DNA from: Spirochaetales bacterium
GTDB lineage: Bacteria; Spirochaetota; Spirochaetia; Treponematales; Treponemataceae
NCBI GenBank assembly: GCA_030540405.1
Contig: JAUNWH010000009.1
Location: forward strand, 2,948 to 66,947
Direction: 5' to 3'
Length of the DNA stretch: 64,000 nt
How positions within the stretch are numbered: the stretch's first letter is position 1; every line of letters begins with the position of its first letter. The notes under the pieces are model-generated. The model did no database searches and was not told the DNA's origin. It was given only the letters and a program-made list of their open reading frames with translations. Positions 10,096 to 19,821 of the stretch are shown here, piece after piece. The translations under genes were made by a program, and so were the position numbers.

Positions 10096-11162
10096 AACTT
10101 GTTTTTTATATGCTCAAGCGTTTCTTTCCAGTTTTTATTGGCGCGGTTATGTTTTTTGTTCTTGTTCTTTGCCTCACAGATTTGTTTATGAATCTTTGGA
10201 ATTATATTTCAAAAAATGTTTCATCGCGCGATGTTGTTTTGATTCTTATTTATTATATTCCAAAAGCGGTCTGGTATGCTGTTCCGATTGCGATGCTTTT
10301 TGCGACTGCTTATATGCTCAGTGATTTTTATGCGCGGAATGAATTGCTTGCGGTTTTTGCATCTGGAATTTCACTTTTTAAGTTTTCAGTTCCGTTGCTT
10401 GCTGTTTCTGTTGCAATGAGTTTTGCTCTTTTCATTTTTGAAGATAATATTGTTGTTCCGACATTTTCAAAAAAAACGCAGCTGCAAGAATCAGTTTTGT
10501 CAAAAGAAAAATCTTTGAACAACAGCAAGATTGTAATTATGGCGGAAGGCGGAAATGTAATTTACAAGGCGGATTTTTTCAACAACAAGGCGGAATCTCT
10601 TTCCAAGCTTTATGTTTTATTTAGAACTGAAGAAAAAAAGCCTGATGCAATTGTTTATGCGCAAAAAGCTTTTTGGAAAAATAATTCTTGGAAACTTGAA
10701 AATGCAGTTGAATACAAATTTCAAGATAAAAGCTTTCTTGTTTGCGATTTGGAAAAAAGATTAGAGGCACGTCTTTTGGAACCTCCAGAAACTTTTAGAA
10801 ATAATACAATTTCTGTCGAGCAAGTGAACACGAAAGAAGCCAGAGAATATATAGAGCATCTTGAAAAAGCCGGACTTCCGAGCGCAGAAGAAAAATCTGT
10901 TTATTATAAAAAATATTCGTTTCCTTTTGTTGTTTTTATTGTTGTTTTTTTAGCGATTGGACTTAGCGGAAAAACTCGTAAAAATGTTTTGCTTGTGAGC
11001 CTTGCAATGAGCATAACGGCAGTTGTTCTGTTTTATGTTCTTCAAATGGTTACAATGCTCATGGCAAAATTTCAAGCTATTCCGCCTTTGTTTGGAGCAT
11101 GGAGTCCGGTTGTGCTTTTTATAATTATCAGCTGTGTTTTGTTGAAATATGCTAAAACTTAA
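10092..11162 (+). CDS. LptF/LptG family (YjgP/YjgQ) permease
   Basis: 356 aa membrane protein with the same topology as the upstream paralogue. ATGA overlap with that gene. Confidence 0.8.
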   Translation: MKLVFYMLKRFFPVFIGAVMFFVLVLCLTDLFMNLWNYISKNVSSRDVVLILIYYIPKAVWYAVPIAMLFATAYMLSDFYARNELLAVFASGISLFKFSVPLLAVSVAMSFALFIFEDNIVVPTFSKKTQLQESVLSKEKSLNNSKIVIMAEGGNVIYKADFFNNKAESLSKLYVLFRTEEKKPDAIVYAQKAFWKNNSWKLENAVEYKFQDKSFLVCDLEKRLEARLLEPPETFRNNTISVEQVNTKEAREYIEHLEKAGLPSAEEKSVYYKKYSFPFVVFIVVFLAIGLSGKTRKNVLLVSLAMSITAVVLFYVLQMVTMLMAKFQAIPPLFGAWSPVVLFIIISCVLLKYAKT

Positions 11163-11188
11163 AAATTTGAAAAATGAGGCAAAGTATT

Positions 11189-12325
11189 ATGATAAAAAAT
11201 TTTTTTGAAATTCATCACGAAGATAAAAATTCCTGTGCTCGGACTGGAGTTGTTCACTTGGCGCATGGAGATATTCAGACTCCTGTTTTTATGCCGGTTG
11301 GAACAAAAGGAACTGTAAAAGCTTTAACAAAAGACGATTTGGAAGAAATTGGATTTGAAATTATTCTTGCAAACACTTACCATCTTTATCTTCGCCCCGG
11401 TGCTGACATTGTTTCTGAAGTTGGCGGACTTCACGGATTTACAAGATGGAACAAAAATTTTCTGACGGATTCCGGCGGATTTCAAGTGTGGTCTCTTTCA
11501 AATCTTCGGAAAATTGAAAATGAAGGAGTTGCATTTAGAAGCACGATTGATGGCAGCAAGCATTTTTTTACTCCAGAAAATGTTGTTCAGACTCAAGTAA
11601 AACTTAACAGCGATATTCAAATGCAGCTTGATGTTTGCTCTGGATATGGAGTTGAAAGGCGCGAGGCTGAACGGGCTTTCCGCTTGTCTTCTGACTGGGC
11701 TGTGCGTGCGATAAAGGAATGGAAGTTTCATTCTGAAAATGGATACAAAGGAATTTTATTTCCAATTGTCCAAGGAAATTTTTTTGATGACCTTAGAAAA
11801 GAAAGCGCGGAATTTGTAGATTCACTTGGAACTCTGGGACTTGCGATTGGCGGATTAAGTGTTGGCGAGCCTGCTGACGTTTTTGTTGAAAAGTTGAAAT
11901 ACACAGTTCAGTTCCTTTCAAAAAGCAAACCTCGGTATGTTATGGGAATTGGAACTCCTGAATATATTCTTGACGCGGTTTCAAATGGAATTGATATGTT
12001 TGATTGCGTTCAGCCTACGCGCATTGCCCGGCATGGACTTTATTTTCATCACAAAGGAATGCTTTCAATTAAGCAAAAAAGATTTGAACGTGATTTTTCT
12101 GCGCTTGATTCTGAATGCAATTGCAAAGTCTGCAAAACTTATTCGCGTGCATATTTGCGCCATATTTTCCGCGAGCAGGAAATTCTTTCTTCTATGCTGG
12201 CAAGCTATCACAATCTTTATTTTTTGCACAATATGATTTTAGAAATCCGCTCTGCAATAGAAAGTGATAAATTTGAAGAATACAAAAAAAATTTCCTTGA
12301 TAATTTTCATTCAAATGAACTTTGA
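11189..12325 (+). CDS. tgt: Queuine tRNA-ribosyltransferase
   Basis: ARTGVVHLAHGDIQTPVFMPVGT, DSGGFQ, and the zinc site CxCxxC...H (CNCKVCKTYSRAYLRH). GAGG lies 8 nt before ATG 11189; the ORF track starts at 11174. Confidence 0.93.
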   Translation: MIKNFFEIHHEDKNSCARTGVVHLAHGDIQTPVFMPVGTKGTVKALTKDDLEEIGFEIILANTYHLYLRPGADIVSEVGGLHGFTRWNKNFLTDSGGFQVWSLSNLRKIENEGVAFRSTIDGSKHFFTPENVVQTQVKLNSDIQMQLDVCSGYGVERREAERAFRLSSDWAVRAIKEWKFHSENGYKGILFPIVQGNFFDDLRKESAEFVDSLGTLGLAIGGLSVGEPADVFVEKLKYTVQFLSKSKPRYVMGIGTPEYILDAVSNGIDMFDCVQPTRIARHGLYFHHKGMLSIKQKRFERDFSALDSECNCKVCKTYSRAYLRHIFREQEILSSMLASYHNLYFLHNMILEIRSAIESDKFEEYKKNFLDNFHSNEL

Positions 12326-12359
12326 TGCCGATAATTAAAAAGATTTGTCTGGAGAAAAA

Positions 12360-14018
12360 ATGAAGAGAAAATTTTTGCTCGCTGCTGTTTCATTGATTTT
12401 TATTTTTGCCTGGTCCCAAGAATCTTCTGCGCCAGAAGTTATTGAAAATATTTTGTCTGAATCTGAAAATTCTCAATCGGAAATTTCTGCGCCAGATGAA
12501 ATTATTTCAAAAGAAACTTCCCAAAATTCTGAAACAGAAATTCCAGAAATTCAGAACGAGGCAAAACCAGAAAATTATGATGCAATTTCTGGAAGCCAGC
12601 CTTCAGAAAATATAAAGTTTAAATATACAAGAGAAAAAATTTATCCAGCAGATGCCCGCCCCAAAAAACATGACAGCTCAAAAAATTATATTGACCGTTC
12701 CAAGGATTATGAAAAAAATTGCAATGACATTTTAAAATACGGACTTGAAGGCCAGATTACAGAACTCATTGATGAGCTTACAAAAAATCAGGACAATCGT
12801 TTTGTTGATGGAATTTATGATTTGTTTCAGGAAACAAAAAGCGTTGCTGTTAAAGAAAAAATTCTTGATTACTTTACTAAACTAAAAGATCCCTGTCTTG
12901 CTTCTTATGCGGTCGAAATTATAAATGATCCTTACGATGAAAAAAATTCAATTGTTGAAAAATGCTTTAAATATGTTTCCGAAGCTGACATAAAAGATGC
13001 GAATCCAGGACTTGTTGATTTAGTTGACAAGGAGGAGGATGCGTATTTTACGGGAGCGCTTTCTGCATTGGGCGAAACAGGCGGAAAGGAAGAAGCTCTT
13101 TTTCTTGCGGATTATCTTGATCGTGATGATTTGAATGTTTCTCAGCGGCAAGCTCTCATGCGTGTTCTTGGAAGAATCAAGGCTGTTGAAACTTGGCAAA
13201 AGATTTCAGAAATTGCAAAAGACGAAAATGAAAATACTTTTGTTAGAATGTATGCTGCGGAAGCGATTGGCGCAATGGAAAAGCCTGAGTCAGAAGATAT
13301 TCTTGTGGAATTATTTGAGTCAAGTGATCCGAATCTTAGAACTTACGTTATAAAAGGAATTTCATATTTCAACGACAAAAAATCTTCAGATTTAATTACG
13401 CAGGCGTTGCGTGATTCTCAGTATAAAGTTCGGCTTGAAGCAGTTTCCGCAGTTGGAAAAAATAGAATTGACAAAGCAGTTCCTTTTTTGATTTTCAGAT
13501 GCAAAGATAAAGACGAGCAGAAGCAAGTAAAGGAAAAATGTTATTTTGTAATTGCAGATTTAAATACTTCTGACGGAAACGATTATTTAATCAGTGTTTT
13601 AAAAGACAAGAAAATTGGAGACGCTACAAAAGCAAAAGTTTCTGCGGCATTGCTGGAATATAATCATGCAGGGACAAATGAAGTTATAGAGCTTGCGCGT
13701 TCAGCATTGAAGAGCGACATTCAGAAAAATTTACGTTATGCGTTGGGAAAGGAATTTGCAAAATATGATCGTTCCGAATTTGCTGATATTTGCGCGGAAT
13801 ATATTGCGAGCGGTGATGTTGCGACTCAAGGCACAGGTCTTGATATTTGGGCGAAAGGAAGATACTCAAGCGTAAAAGCCGCCGTTGAAGAGATTGCAAA
13901 AGATGCAGAGGAGGAAGTTTTGCCAGAAGAAACAGAAAAACCTAAAGGCTATCAGTTTGGAGCAAAAAAGAAAAATGCAAATGCAAAAAAAGCAAAACGG
14001 ATTTTAGACCAATCTTAA
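12360..14018 (+). CDS. Secreted HEAT-repeat protein
   Basis: GGAG then ATG at 12360. Signal peptide MKRKFLLAAVSLIFIFAWSQ, acidic S/E-rich linker, then repeated HEAT-like helices (VRMYAAEAIG, VRLEAVSAVG). Confidence 0.7.
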   Translation: MKRKFLLAAVSLIFIFAWSQESSAPEVIENILSESENSQSEISAPDEIISKETSQNSETEIPEIQNEAKPENYDAISGSQPSENIKFKYTREKIYPADARPKKHDSSKNYIDRSKDYEKNCNDILKYGLEGQITELIDELTKNQDNRFVDGIYDLFQETKSVAVKEKILDYFTKLKDPCLASYAVEIINDPYDEKNSIVEKCFKYVSEADIKDANPGLVDLVDKEEDAYFTGALSALGETGGKEEALFLADYLDRDDLNVSQRQALMRVLGRIKAVETWQKISEIAKDENENTFVRMYAAEAIGAMEKPESEDILVELFESSDPNLRTYVIKGISYFNDKKSSDLITQALRDSQYKVRLEAVSAVGKNRIDKAVPFLIFRCKDKDEQKQVKEKCYFVIADLNTSDGNDYLISVLKDKKIGDATKAKVSAALLEYNHAGTNEVIELARSALKSDIQKNLRYALGKEFAKYDRSEFADICAEYIASGDVATQGTGLDIWAKGRYSSVKAAVEEIAKDAEEEVLPEETEKPKGYQFGAKKKNANAKKAKRILDQS

Positions 14019-14071
14019 GAATGAACGAACCTCCGACGCAAGCGTCGGATATGTATCCTCCGCACGAATCA

Positions 14072-15631
14072 CTACGCATTTTCTTTTATTATTTTTAAGA
14101 TGAAGTATCCGAATTTTTCAGCTTTTATTTCTCCTATTCCGTAGCAGTTTGTAAGTTCTTTTATGTTTGAAGGTTTCTTTTTCGCAATGTCAAAAAGTGT
14201 TTTGTCTCCAAAAATAACATAAGGCGGAACATTTAATTCTCCTGCCGCCTTTTTTCTCCAAGCGCGTAATTTTTCTGATAAAATCTTTTCATTGTTTTCC
14301 AAATTATCAGAAACAAAAAGTTCCCCTGTAGATTTTTTTGATGGTTTTGGAAAGCTTTGGATTTTCTTATGAAGAATTGCATGAGGGTGATTGTAATTAA
14401 TTTTTTTTGATGCACATATATCACAGCAATTTTCTAAAGAAACGCAGTCTTGCCTTGCATCTGAATAGCTTTCCCCAAAGTAAGATAAGAGCGCTTGCCG
14501 TCTGCAAATAGAATTTTCGCAGTAGTTTATCATTCCTTGCAAAAGACTTTCTGATTTAGCGGAATCAAAATTGTCTTTGAAAAAATATCTGATTTTATGA
14601 ATATCTCCTGCGCTGTATAAAAGCAAAGCTTCGGCTTCCAATCCATCACGTCCTGCACGTCCGATTTCCTGATAATATTGCTCTACGGATTTTGGCATAT
14701 CAAAGTGAATCACAAAGCGAACGTCAGGTTTGTTGATTCCCATTCCGAATGCGACTGTGGCAACCATAATGTCGGCTTTGTCTGAAATAAAGTCCTGCTG
14801 ATTTTTTGCCCGCTGCGCATCGTTAAGTCCGGCGTGATAACTCAATGCTTTTATTCCATTTAAGTGCAGTTCTTGCGCAACTAAATCAACTTGCTTCCTT
14901 GAAAAACAGTAAATTATTCCGCTTTGATTCGGGTGATTTTCTATGAAGTTTAGAACCTGTTCTATTGGATTGTCTTTTTTTGCTACTTGAAGAAAAATGT
15001 TCGGCCTGTTAAAACTTGCCATAAATATTTCAGGATTTTCCATCCGCAAATTTTTTATAATATCAGTTTGAACTTGCTTTGTTGCAGTTGCCGTGAGCGC
15101 AAGAAAAACTGATTTTGGAAACTGATTTCTTATATGAGTTATCTCCATGTAGTCCGGCCGGAAATCGTGTCCCCATTCGCTTATGCAGTGCGCCTCATCG
15201 ATTGCAATGCAGTCAACAGAGCTCTTTGATTCTTGAAGCAGCCTTATCATTCTTCCTGAATTCAAGCCTTCCGGCGAAACATAAAGAAGTTTGATTTTTC
15301 CAGATAAAATTTTTTCACAGCATTTTTGATAATAGTTTCTTTCAAGAGATGAATTTAAACAAACAGCAGAAATTCCATAGGATTCGAGTTGCGCTACCTG
15401 ATCCTGCATTAACGCAATCAACGGCGAAACAACGACTGTAATTCCTGGAAGAATGAGAGCCGGAATTTCATAGCATAAAGACTTTCCGCCTCCAGTTGGC
15501 ATGACTGCAAGTGTGTCGCGTCCGTCCAAAACATTTTGAATTATTTTTCTTTGCATCGGTCTGAATAATTCATAGCCAAAAACTGATTTTAAAATATCTT
15601 CTGGTGTTCTGTCGAATAATGTGTAGTCCAT
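14072..15631 (-). CDS. recQ: ATP-dependent DNA helicase RecQ
   Basis: FGYELFRPMQRKII, MPTGGGKS, DEAH box (DEAHCISEWGHDFRP), RecQ C-terminal zinc cysteines and an HRDC domain. Start set at MDYTLFD (15631, AGGAA upstream) because the longer ORF runs through the tRNA-Leu gene. Confidence 0.92.
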   Translation of the reverse strand: MDYTLFDRTPEDILKSVFGYELFRPMQRKIIQNVLDGRDTLAVMPTGGGKSLCYEIPALILPGITVVVSPLIALMQDQVAQLESYGISAVCLNSSLERNYYQKCCEKILSGKIKLLYVSPEGLNSGRMIRLLQESKSSVDCIAIDEAHCISEWGHDFRPDYMEITHIRNQFPKSVFLALTATATKQVQTDIIKNLRMENPEIFMASFNRPNIFLQVAKKDNPIEQVLNFIENHPNQSGIIYCFSRKQVDLVAQELHLNGIKALSYHAGLNDAQRAKNQQDFISDKADIMVATVAFGMGINKPDVRFVIHFDMPKSVEQYYQEIGRAGRDGLEAEALLLYSAGDIHKIRYFFKDNFDSAKSESLLQGMINYCENSICRRQALLSYFGESYSDARQDCVSLENCCDICASKKINYNHPHAILHKKIQSFPKPSKKSTGELFVSDNLENNEKILSEKLRAWRKKAAGELNVPPYVIFGDKTLFDIAKKKPSNIKELTNCYGIGEIKAEKFGYFILKIIKENA

Positions 15632-15797
15632 AGATGGTTCCTGAAAAAATAATGAGTTTTGCAACGCGAATTGAAATGAAATATTTTTTATAGATTCATA
15701 CAAATGATTATACAAAAATGATTCCAAAAATAAAACCTCCATTTTTTTCTGCTTGAAAGGAAATTTTAAAAGCCAAACAAGTTCTGAAAACTTCCTC

Positions 15798-15826
15798 TTG
15801 ATTTTATTTTTATTTTTTGATATAGT
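15798..15826 (+). promoter_or_regulatory. Candidate sigma-70 promoter of tRNA-Leu
   Basis: TTGATT (15798-15803), 17-nt spacer, TATAGT (15821-15826). The tRNA starts 12 nt later. Confidence 0.45.
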
Positions 15827-15837
15827 ATTTATCACTT

Positions 15838-15920
15838 GCCGGCTTGGTGGAATGGTAGACACGAAAGACTCAAAATCTTTTGCGCGCGAGCGTGTCAGAG
15901 TTCAAGTCTCTGAGCCGGTA
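15838..15920 (+). tRNA. tRNA-Leu (anticodon CAA)
   Basis: Hand-folded cloverleaf. Acceptor GCCGGCT/AGCCGGT, D arm GTGG..CAC with AATGGTAGA loop, anticodon loop CTCAAAA, long variable arm, T arm CAGAG-TTCAAGT-CTCTG. No encoded CCA. Confidence 0.88.
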
Positions 15921-15926
15921 TCTTTT

Positions 15927-15953
15927 AGACCGAATTTTGTTCGGTCTTTTTTT
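15927..15953 (+). terminator. Rho-independent terminator after tRNA-Leu
   Basis: AGACCGAA / TTCGGTCT 8-bp stem, 5-nt loop, then T6. Overlaps the comM stop codon. Confidence 0.75.
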
Positions 15954-17517
15954 ATGTCAAAAGGCTCATTGCGCCTGCTGGCTTTTTAAATTTCACAGAT
16001 TCTTCCATTGCTTCTTTTCCGATTATATTTTCTTCCTTCATATCTGAAATTGTTCTTGCAATTTTTATGCAGCTTGAAACAGACCTTGGTGAAAACTCAT
16101 AAGTTTCAGTTGCCTCGTCTAAAATTTTTTTTGCGTCCAAATCCATTTTGCAAAATTCTTTTATTTCCGATGGAGAAAGCCTTGAATTTCTTTTTCCACG
16201 TTTGCGCTGAATTTTTATTGCCGCCGCGATTTCTTTTCGCAGTTCTGATGTTGAAATGCTTTGCGATGAATTTGAATTTTCTATTGAAACTTTTTCAACT
16301 TGAATGCTTAAGTCGATTCTGTCCAAAAGCGGAGCGGAAATTTTTTTCCAATATTGTTCGACTGAGCGGGCAGAGCATAGGCAAAGTTTTTCTTTTGAAC
16401 CGTAGTTTCCGCAGGGACACGGATTCATTGACATTAAAAGCTGAAAGTTTGCCGGAAAAATTGTTGAGCGTCCGGCTCTGCTTAGAGTTACGACTCCTGT
16501 TTCAAGCGGAACTCTTAAAATTTGAAGAACTGATGTTCTAAATTCCGCAGCTTCGTCTAAAAAAAGAGTTCCGTTGTGCGCAAGAGAGATTTCTCCTGGA
16601 CTGCAATGAATTCCGCCTCCGCACATTCCTTCTATTGTAGATGTCTGGTGTGGCTGTCTGAACGGAGCTTTTTTTATTATTCTTGTTCCAGCCTGAAGAA
16701 TTCCTGCAATCGAATAAATCCGAGTTACGCTTTGACTTTCTTCTTTTGTGAGCAACGGAACTAGCGCAGGAAATCTTTGCAGCGAAAGTGTTTTTCCGCA
16801 GCCCGGAGGACCAAACGCAAGCAAGTTGTGTTTTCCTGCTGCCGCGATTTGCAATCCTCTCACAAGTTCTTGTTGTCCGCAAATTTCTTTAAACTCGAAT
16901 TCTTCAGGCGGAAAAAGAATTCCATTTATTTCAACAGCATCTTTTATTGTGTTTCCGTTTTCTTCTTCAATATGCGAAGTTTTGTAATCAGAAAATGATT
17001 CTGTATTTTTTAACGCATTGAAAGCTTCTGTTAAATTTTCTGCGCCAAAAATTTTCATTGTGCGGATTTCTCTTGCTTCCTCAGCATTTGCAGCAGGAAC
17101 AATGCAGTATCTTATTCCGCTTGCATAAGCAGTTGCCGCCGCCGCATGAATTGCTTTTACAGGACGTATATTTCCGTTCAATTCAAGTTCGCCAATCACA
17201 AGAATAGGTTCCATTTGAAATGCAGAATCTTCGTTTTCTAAATTTTCTTTTGCCGATAAAACTGCAAGAGCAATCGCAAGATCGAAGCCGGCTCCCTCTT
17301 TTTTCAAATCAGCAGGAGAAAGGCTTATAAGAACTCGTTCAGGCGGAAACAACAGCCCGGAATTTATAATTGCGCTTTTCATTCTTTCCCGCGATTCTTT
17401 TACCGCATTGTCTGCAAGTCCGACTATGTCAACGGCAGGAATTCCGCGACGCAAATCGACTTCAACTGTAACAAGATTTCCTTCGTAGCCAAAAGGCGAA
17501 AAACAAAAAATTTTCAT
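15952..17517 (-). CDS. comM: YifB/ComM family Mg-chelatase-like ATPase
   Basis: N-terminal Lon-protease-like domain, Walker A GPPGCGKT, Walker B LFLDE. Start taken at MKIFCFSPFGYEG. Confidence 0.9.
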   Translation of the reverse strand: MKIFCFSPFGYEGNLVTVEVDLRRGIPAVDIVGLADNAVKESRERMKSAIINSGLLFPPERVLISLSPADLKKEGAGFDLAIALAVLSAKENLENEDSAFQMEPILVIGELELNGNIRPVKAIHAAAATAYASGIRYCIVPAANAEEAREIRTMKIFGAENLTEAFNALKNTESFSDYKTSHIEEENGNTIKDAVEINGILFPPEEFEFKEICGQQELVRGLQIAAAGKHNLLAFGPPGCGKTLSLQRFPALVPLLTKEESQSVTRIYSIAGILQAGTRIIKKAPFRQPHQTSTIEGMCGGGIHCSPGEISLAHNGTLFLDEAAEFRTSVLQILRVPLETGVVTLSRAGRSTIFPANFQLLMSMNPCPCGNYGSKEKLCLCSARSVEQYWKKISAPLLDRIDLSIQVEKVSIENSNSSQSISTSELRKEIAAAIKIQRKRGKRNSRLSPSEIKEFCKMDLDAKKILDEATETYEFSPRSVSSCIKIARTISDMKEENIIGKEAMEESVKFKKPAGAMSLLT

Positions 17518-17615
17518 GTTTGCTCCAAATAAAAAATTCAAGAATTAAAAACTTTATTATGGAAAAAATAAAAAAAATGCCGCAAATCAAAAAAAATTTG
17601 ATAAAATGCTTTTCT

Positions 17616-18806
17616 ATGGAAATTACAGTTTTGTGCAAAGTCGTTGATAATTTTGGCGATATCGGAGTCATTTTTCGTTTATGCCGCGCGCTTTCCGAGC
17701 TGAAAAAAAATCTTGAAATTCGGCTTGTTGTAAGCAATCTTGATTCGTTTGCAAAAATTTCAAAAGGCATAGATTCCACAAAAACATTTCAGGAATTCCG
17801 CGGATGGAAAGTTTTTGACTGGAACGACAATGCGCTTTGCAAAAAAGAATTTTCAAAAAATCCGCCGGAATTTATTTTGGAATGTTTTCAATGCGGTCGC
17901 CCGGAATGGCTTGAAGAACTTTTATTTTCACCGCAGTTCAATTTAAATGTTCAGATTGTAAATGTTGAATATTTGACCGCTGAATCTTGGGCTGATGATT
18001 TTCATCTATTAAAAAGCGGCACGCGTTCTGCAAAAATTAAAAAAATAAATTTCATGCCGGGCTTTACAAAAAAAACTGGCGGCTTGATTTTGGACAAAAA
18101 TTTCATGTGCTGCCTTTCTGAAAAAAAATTCGCCTTGAATCTTGTAAAACAAAATCTTGATAAAAAAATTCTTTCCGAAGATTTTTCCGATTCATTTAAA
18201 ATTCTTATTTTTTCTTATCCAAAGAATTTTGATTTTTTGGCTTCAGCAATAAAAGAATTTTCTTTTTTAAAAAAAATTATTGTTTTTGTTGCGTCTGGAG
18301 CTGGAGCTGATTCAGCGAAAATTTCCTTGGAAAAATTCAATGTCGATTTTATTTGCCTTCCGTTTATGCAGCAGGAAGTTTGGGACGCTTTTTTGTCGCT
18401 TATGAATTTTTCTTTTGTGCGCGGAGAAGATTCGTTTAGCCGCTGCTGTCTTTTGGGAAATCCGTTTATATGGAACATTTATCCGCAGGAAGAAGAATTT
18501 CACATTGTAAAGCTGAATGCGTTTTTGCAAAGAATAAAAATTCCGCAGATTGAAAAATTTTCTTTTTTGTACAACAGAAATTTTGAAGCCAGATGCTGCC
18601 CAGAAGCTTTGGAAATTCTTGAAGAAAAAAAGCTTCCGTCCGAGATTGAAAAAATAAATTCAGAAATGAAAACTGAAATTCTTTCCTTGCTGAAAAATTC
18701 TGAAAACTTGAAACCGGAGTTTAAGAAGTTTTCCAATGAAATTTTACGGAACGGAAATCTTGCAGAAAATCTTTTGAATTTCCTTGAAACAAGAATTCCG
18801 CGCTAA
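17616..18806 (+). CDS. earP: EF-P arginine-32 rhamnosyltransferase (EarP, DUF2331 family)
   Basis: N-terminus MEITVLCKVVDNFGDIGV matches the EarP signature VVDNYGDIGV with both catalytic Asp residues. Lies immediately upstream of an Arg32-type efp. Start moved to ATG 17616. Confidence 0.8.
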   Translation: MEITVLCKVVDNFGDIGVIFRLCRALSELKKNLEIRLVVSNLDSFAKISKGIDSTKTFQEFRGWKVFDWNDNALCKKEFSKNPPEFILECFQCGRPEWLEELLFSPQFNLNVQIVNVEYLTAESWADDFHLLKSGTRSAKIKKINFMPGFTKKTGGLILDKNFMCCLSEKKFALNLVKQNLDKKILSEDFSDSFKILIFSYPKNFDFLASAIKEFSFLKKIIVFVASGAGADSAKISLEKFNVDFICLPFMQQEVWDAFLSLMNFSFVRGEDSFSRCCLLGNPFIWNIYPQEEEFHIVKLNAFLQRIKIPQIEKFSFLYNRNFEARCCPEALEILEEKKLPSEIEKINSEMKTEILSLLKNSENLKPEFKKFSNEILRNGNLAENLLNFLETRIPR

Positions 18807-18899
18807 AGCAAATTTATTTTGCCTGTGTTTTGAAATGTTGCAATTTTATTTCAGTTCATATATAATTGAATAGCAAGTTTATTATCAAGGAAGTTTATT

Positions 18900-19472
18900 A
18901 TGTTATCAACAAACGAAATTAAAGTTGGAACAGCTTTTATGTTTGAAGGCTCTCCTTTTATTGTTCAGAAAATGCTTGGTCAGAAAGCCGGACGTCAGGG
19001 AATTACAGTAAAGCTTCGTGTAAAAAATATTGTTACAGGCGGAACTCAGGATTTGGGTCTTGATGCTGGTGAAAAATTTGACGATGTTGACCTTGTAGAA
19101 AAAAATGTAAAGCTTTCTTATATCGATGGTGATGACTTTCACTTTATGGATCAGGAAACTTACGAAGACGTTATGCTTTCTAAGGATGACTTGGGAGACA
19201 ACGCTGGATACATTTCTCCAGATGATGATTACGATGTAACAATCACATATTATGAAGGAAAGCCAGTTGGCGTAAAGCTTCCTATCAACGTTGTTCGCGT
19301 AATCACATACTGCGAGCCAGGAATCAAAGGAGACACTTCTGGAAAATCTTTGAAGCCTGCAACTCTTGATACAGGAATGGAAGTAAGAGTTCCTTTGTTC
19401 TGCAACACAGATGATAAAATTGTAATCGACACAAGAGACGGTTCATTTGTAGAAAGAGCAAAAGACAAATAA
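18900..19472 (+). CDS. efp: Elongation factor P (Arg32 type)
   Basis: 190 aa. The loop sequence GQKAGRQG places Arg at position 32 where EpmA-type EF-P has Lys34. Confidence 0.95.
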   Translation: MLSTNEIKVGTAFMFEGSPFIVQKMLGQKAGRQGITVKLRVKNIVTGGTQDLGLDAGEKFDDVDLVEKNVKLSYIDGDDFHFMDQETYEDVMLSKDDLGDNAGYISPDDDYDVTITYYEGKPVGVKLPINVVRVITYCEPGIKGDTSGKSLKPATLDTGMEVRVPLFCNTDDKIVIDTRDGSFVERAKDK

Positions 19473-19516
19473 TTTGTTTTTCCAAAGGAATGGTTTTCTT
19501 TCCTTTGGAATGCCAT

Positions 19517-19591
19517 GACCCCCTAGCTCACTATGGATAGAGCGACAGCCTCCTAAGCTGTAGGTAGCGAGTTCGAACCCCGCGAGGGTCA
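19517..19591 (+). tRNA. tRNA-Arg (anticodon CCT)
   Basis: Hand-folded. D arm GCTC/GAGC, anticodon stem ACAGC/GCTGT with loop CTCCTAA, T loop TTCGAAC. There are two C-A mismatches (acceptor 6-67, T stem 52-62). No encoded CCA. Confidence 0.75.
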
Positions 19592-19611
19592 AAGATATGC
19601 TTTTAAGATTC

Positions 19612-19643
19612 AAGGCAGTTTTACACTGCCTTTTTTATTTTTT
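19612..19643 (+). terminator. Rho-independent terminator after efp and tRNA-Arg
   Basis: AAGGCAGT / ACTGCCTT 8-bp stem, 5-nt loop, T-rich tail TTTTTATTTTTT. Confidence 0.8.
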
Positions 19644-19821
19644 AATCAAGTTTTTATAAAATTCAATTGATAAGAAAAAATTATAGATTTTGCAAAACTA
19701 ATATAAACTTCTTTTTCTCGTCTCTATTGAAAATCATCAGAAAAAAAAGTATATTTATTCTATATGGAATCAGAAGGCTTAAAGCTATTTCAATTCTGAC
19801 TCTAAGCATAGGAGTAATCGA

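Noticed and set aside
15632-15862. N-terminal 77-codon extension of the recQ ORF
   Set aside because: It runs through the tRNA-Leu gene and its promoter. RecQ homology starts at MDYTLFD, which has an AGGAA RBS.
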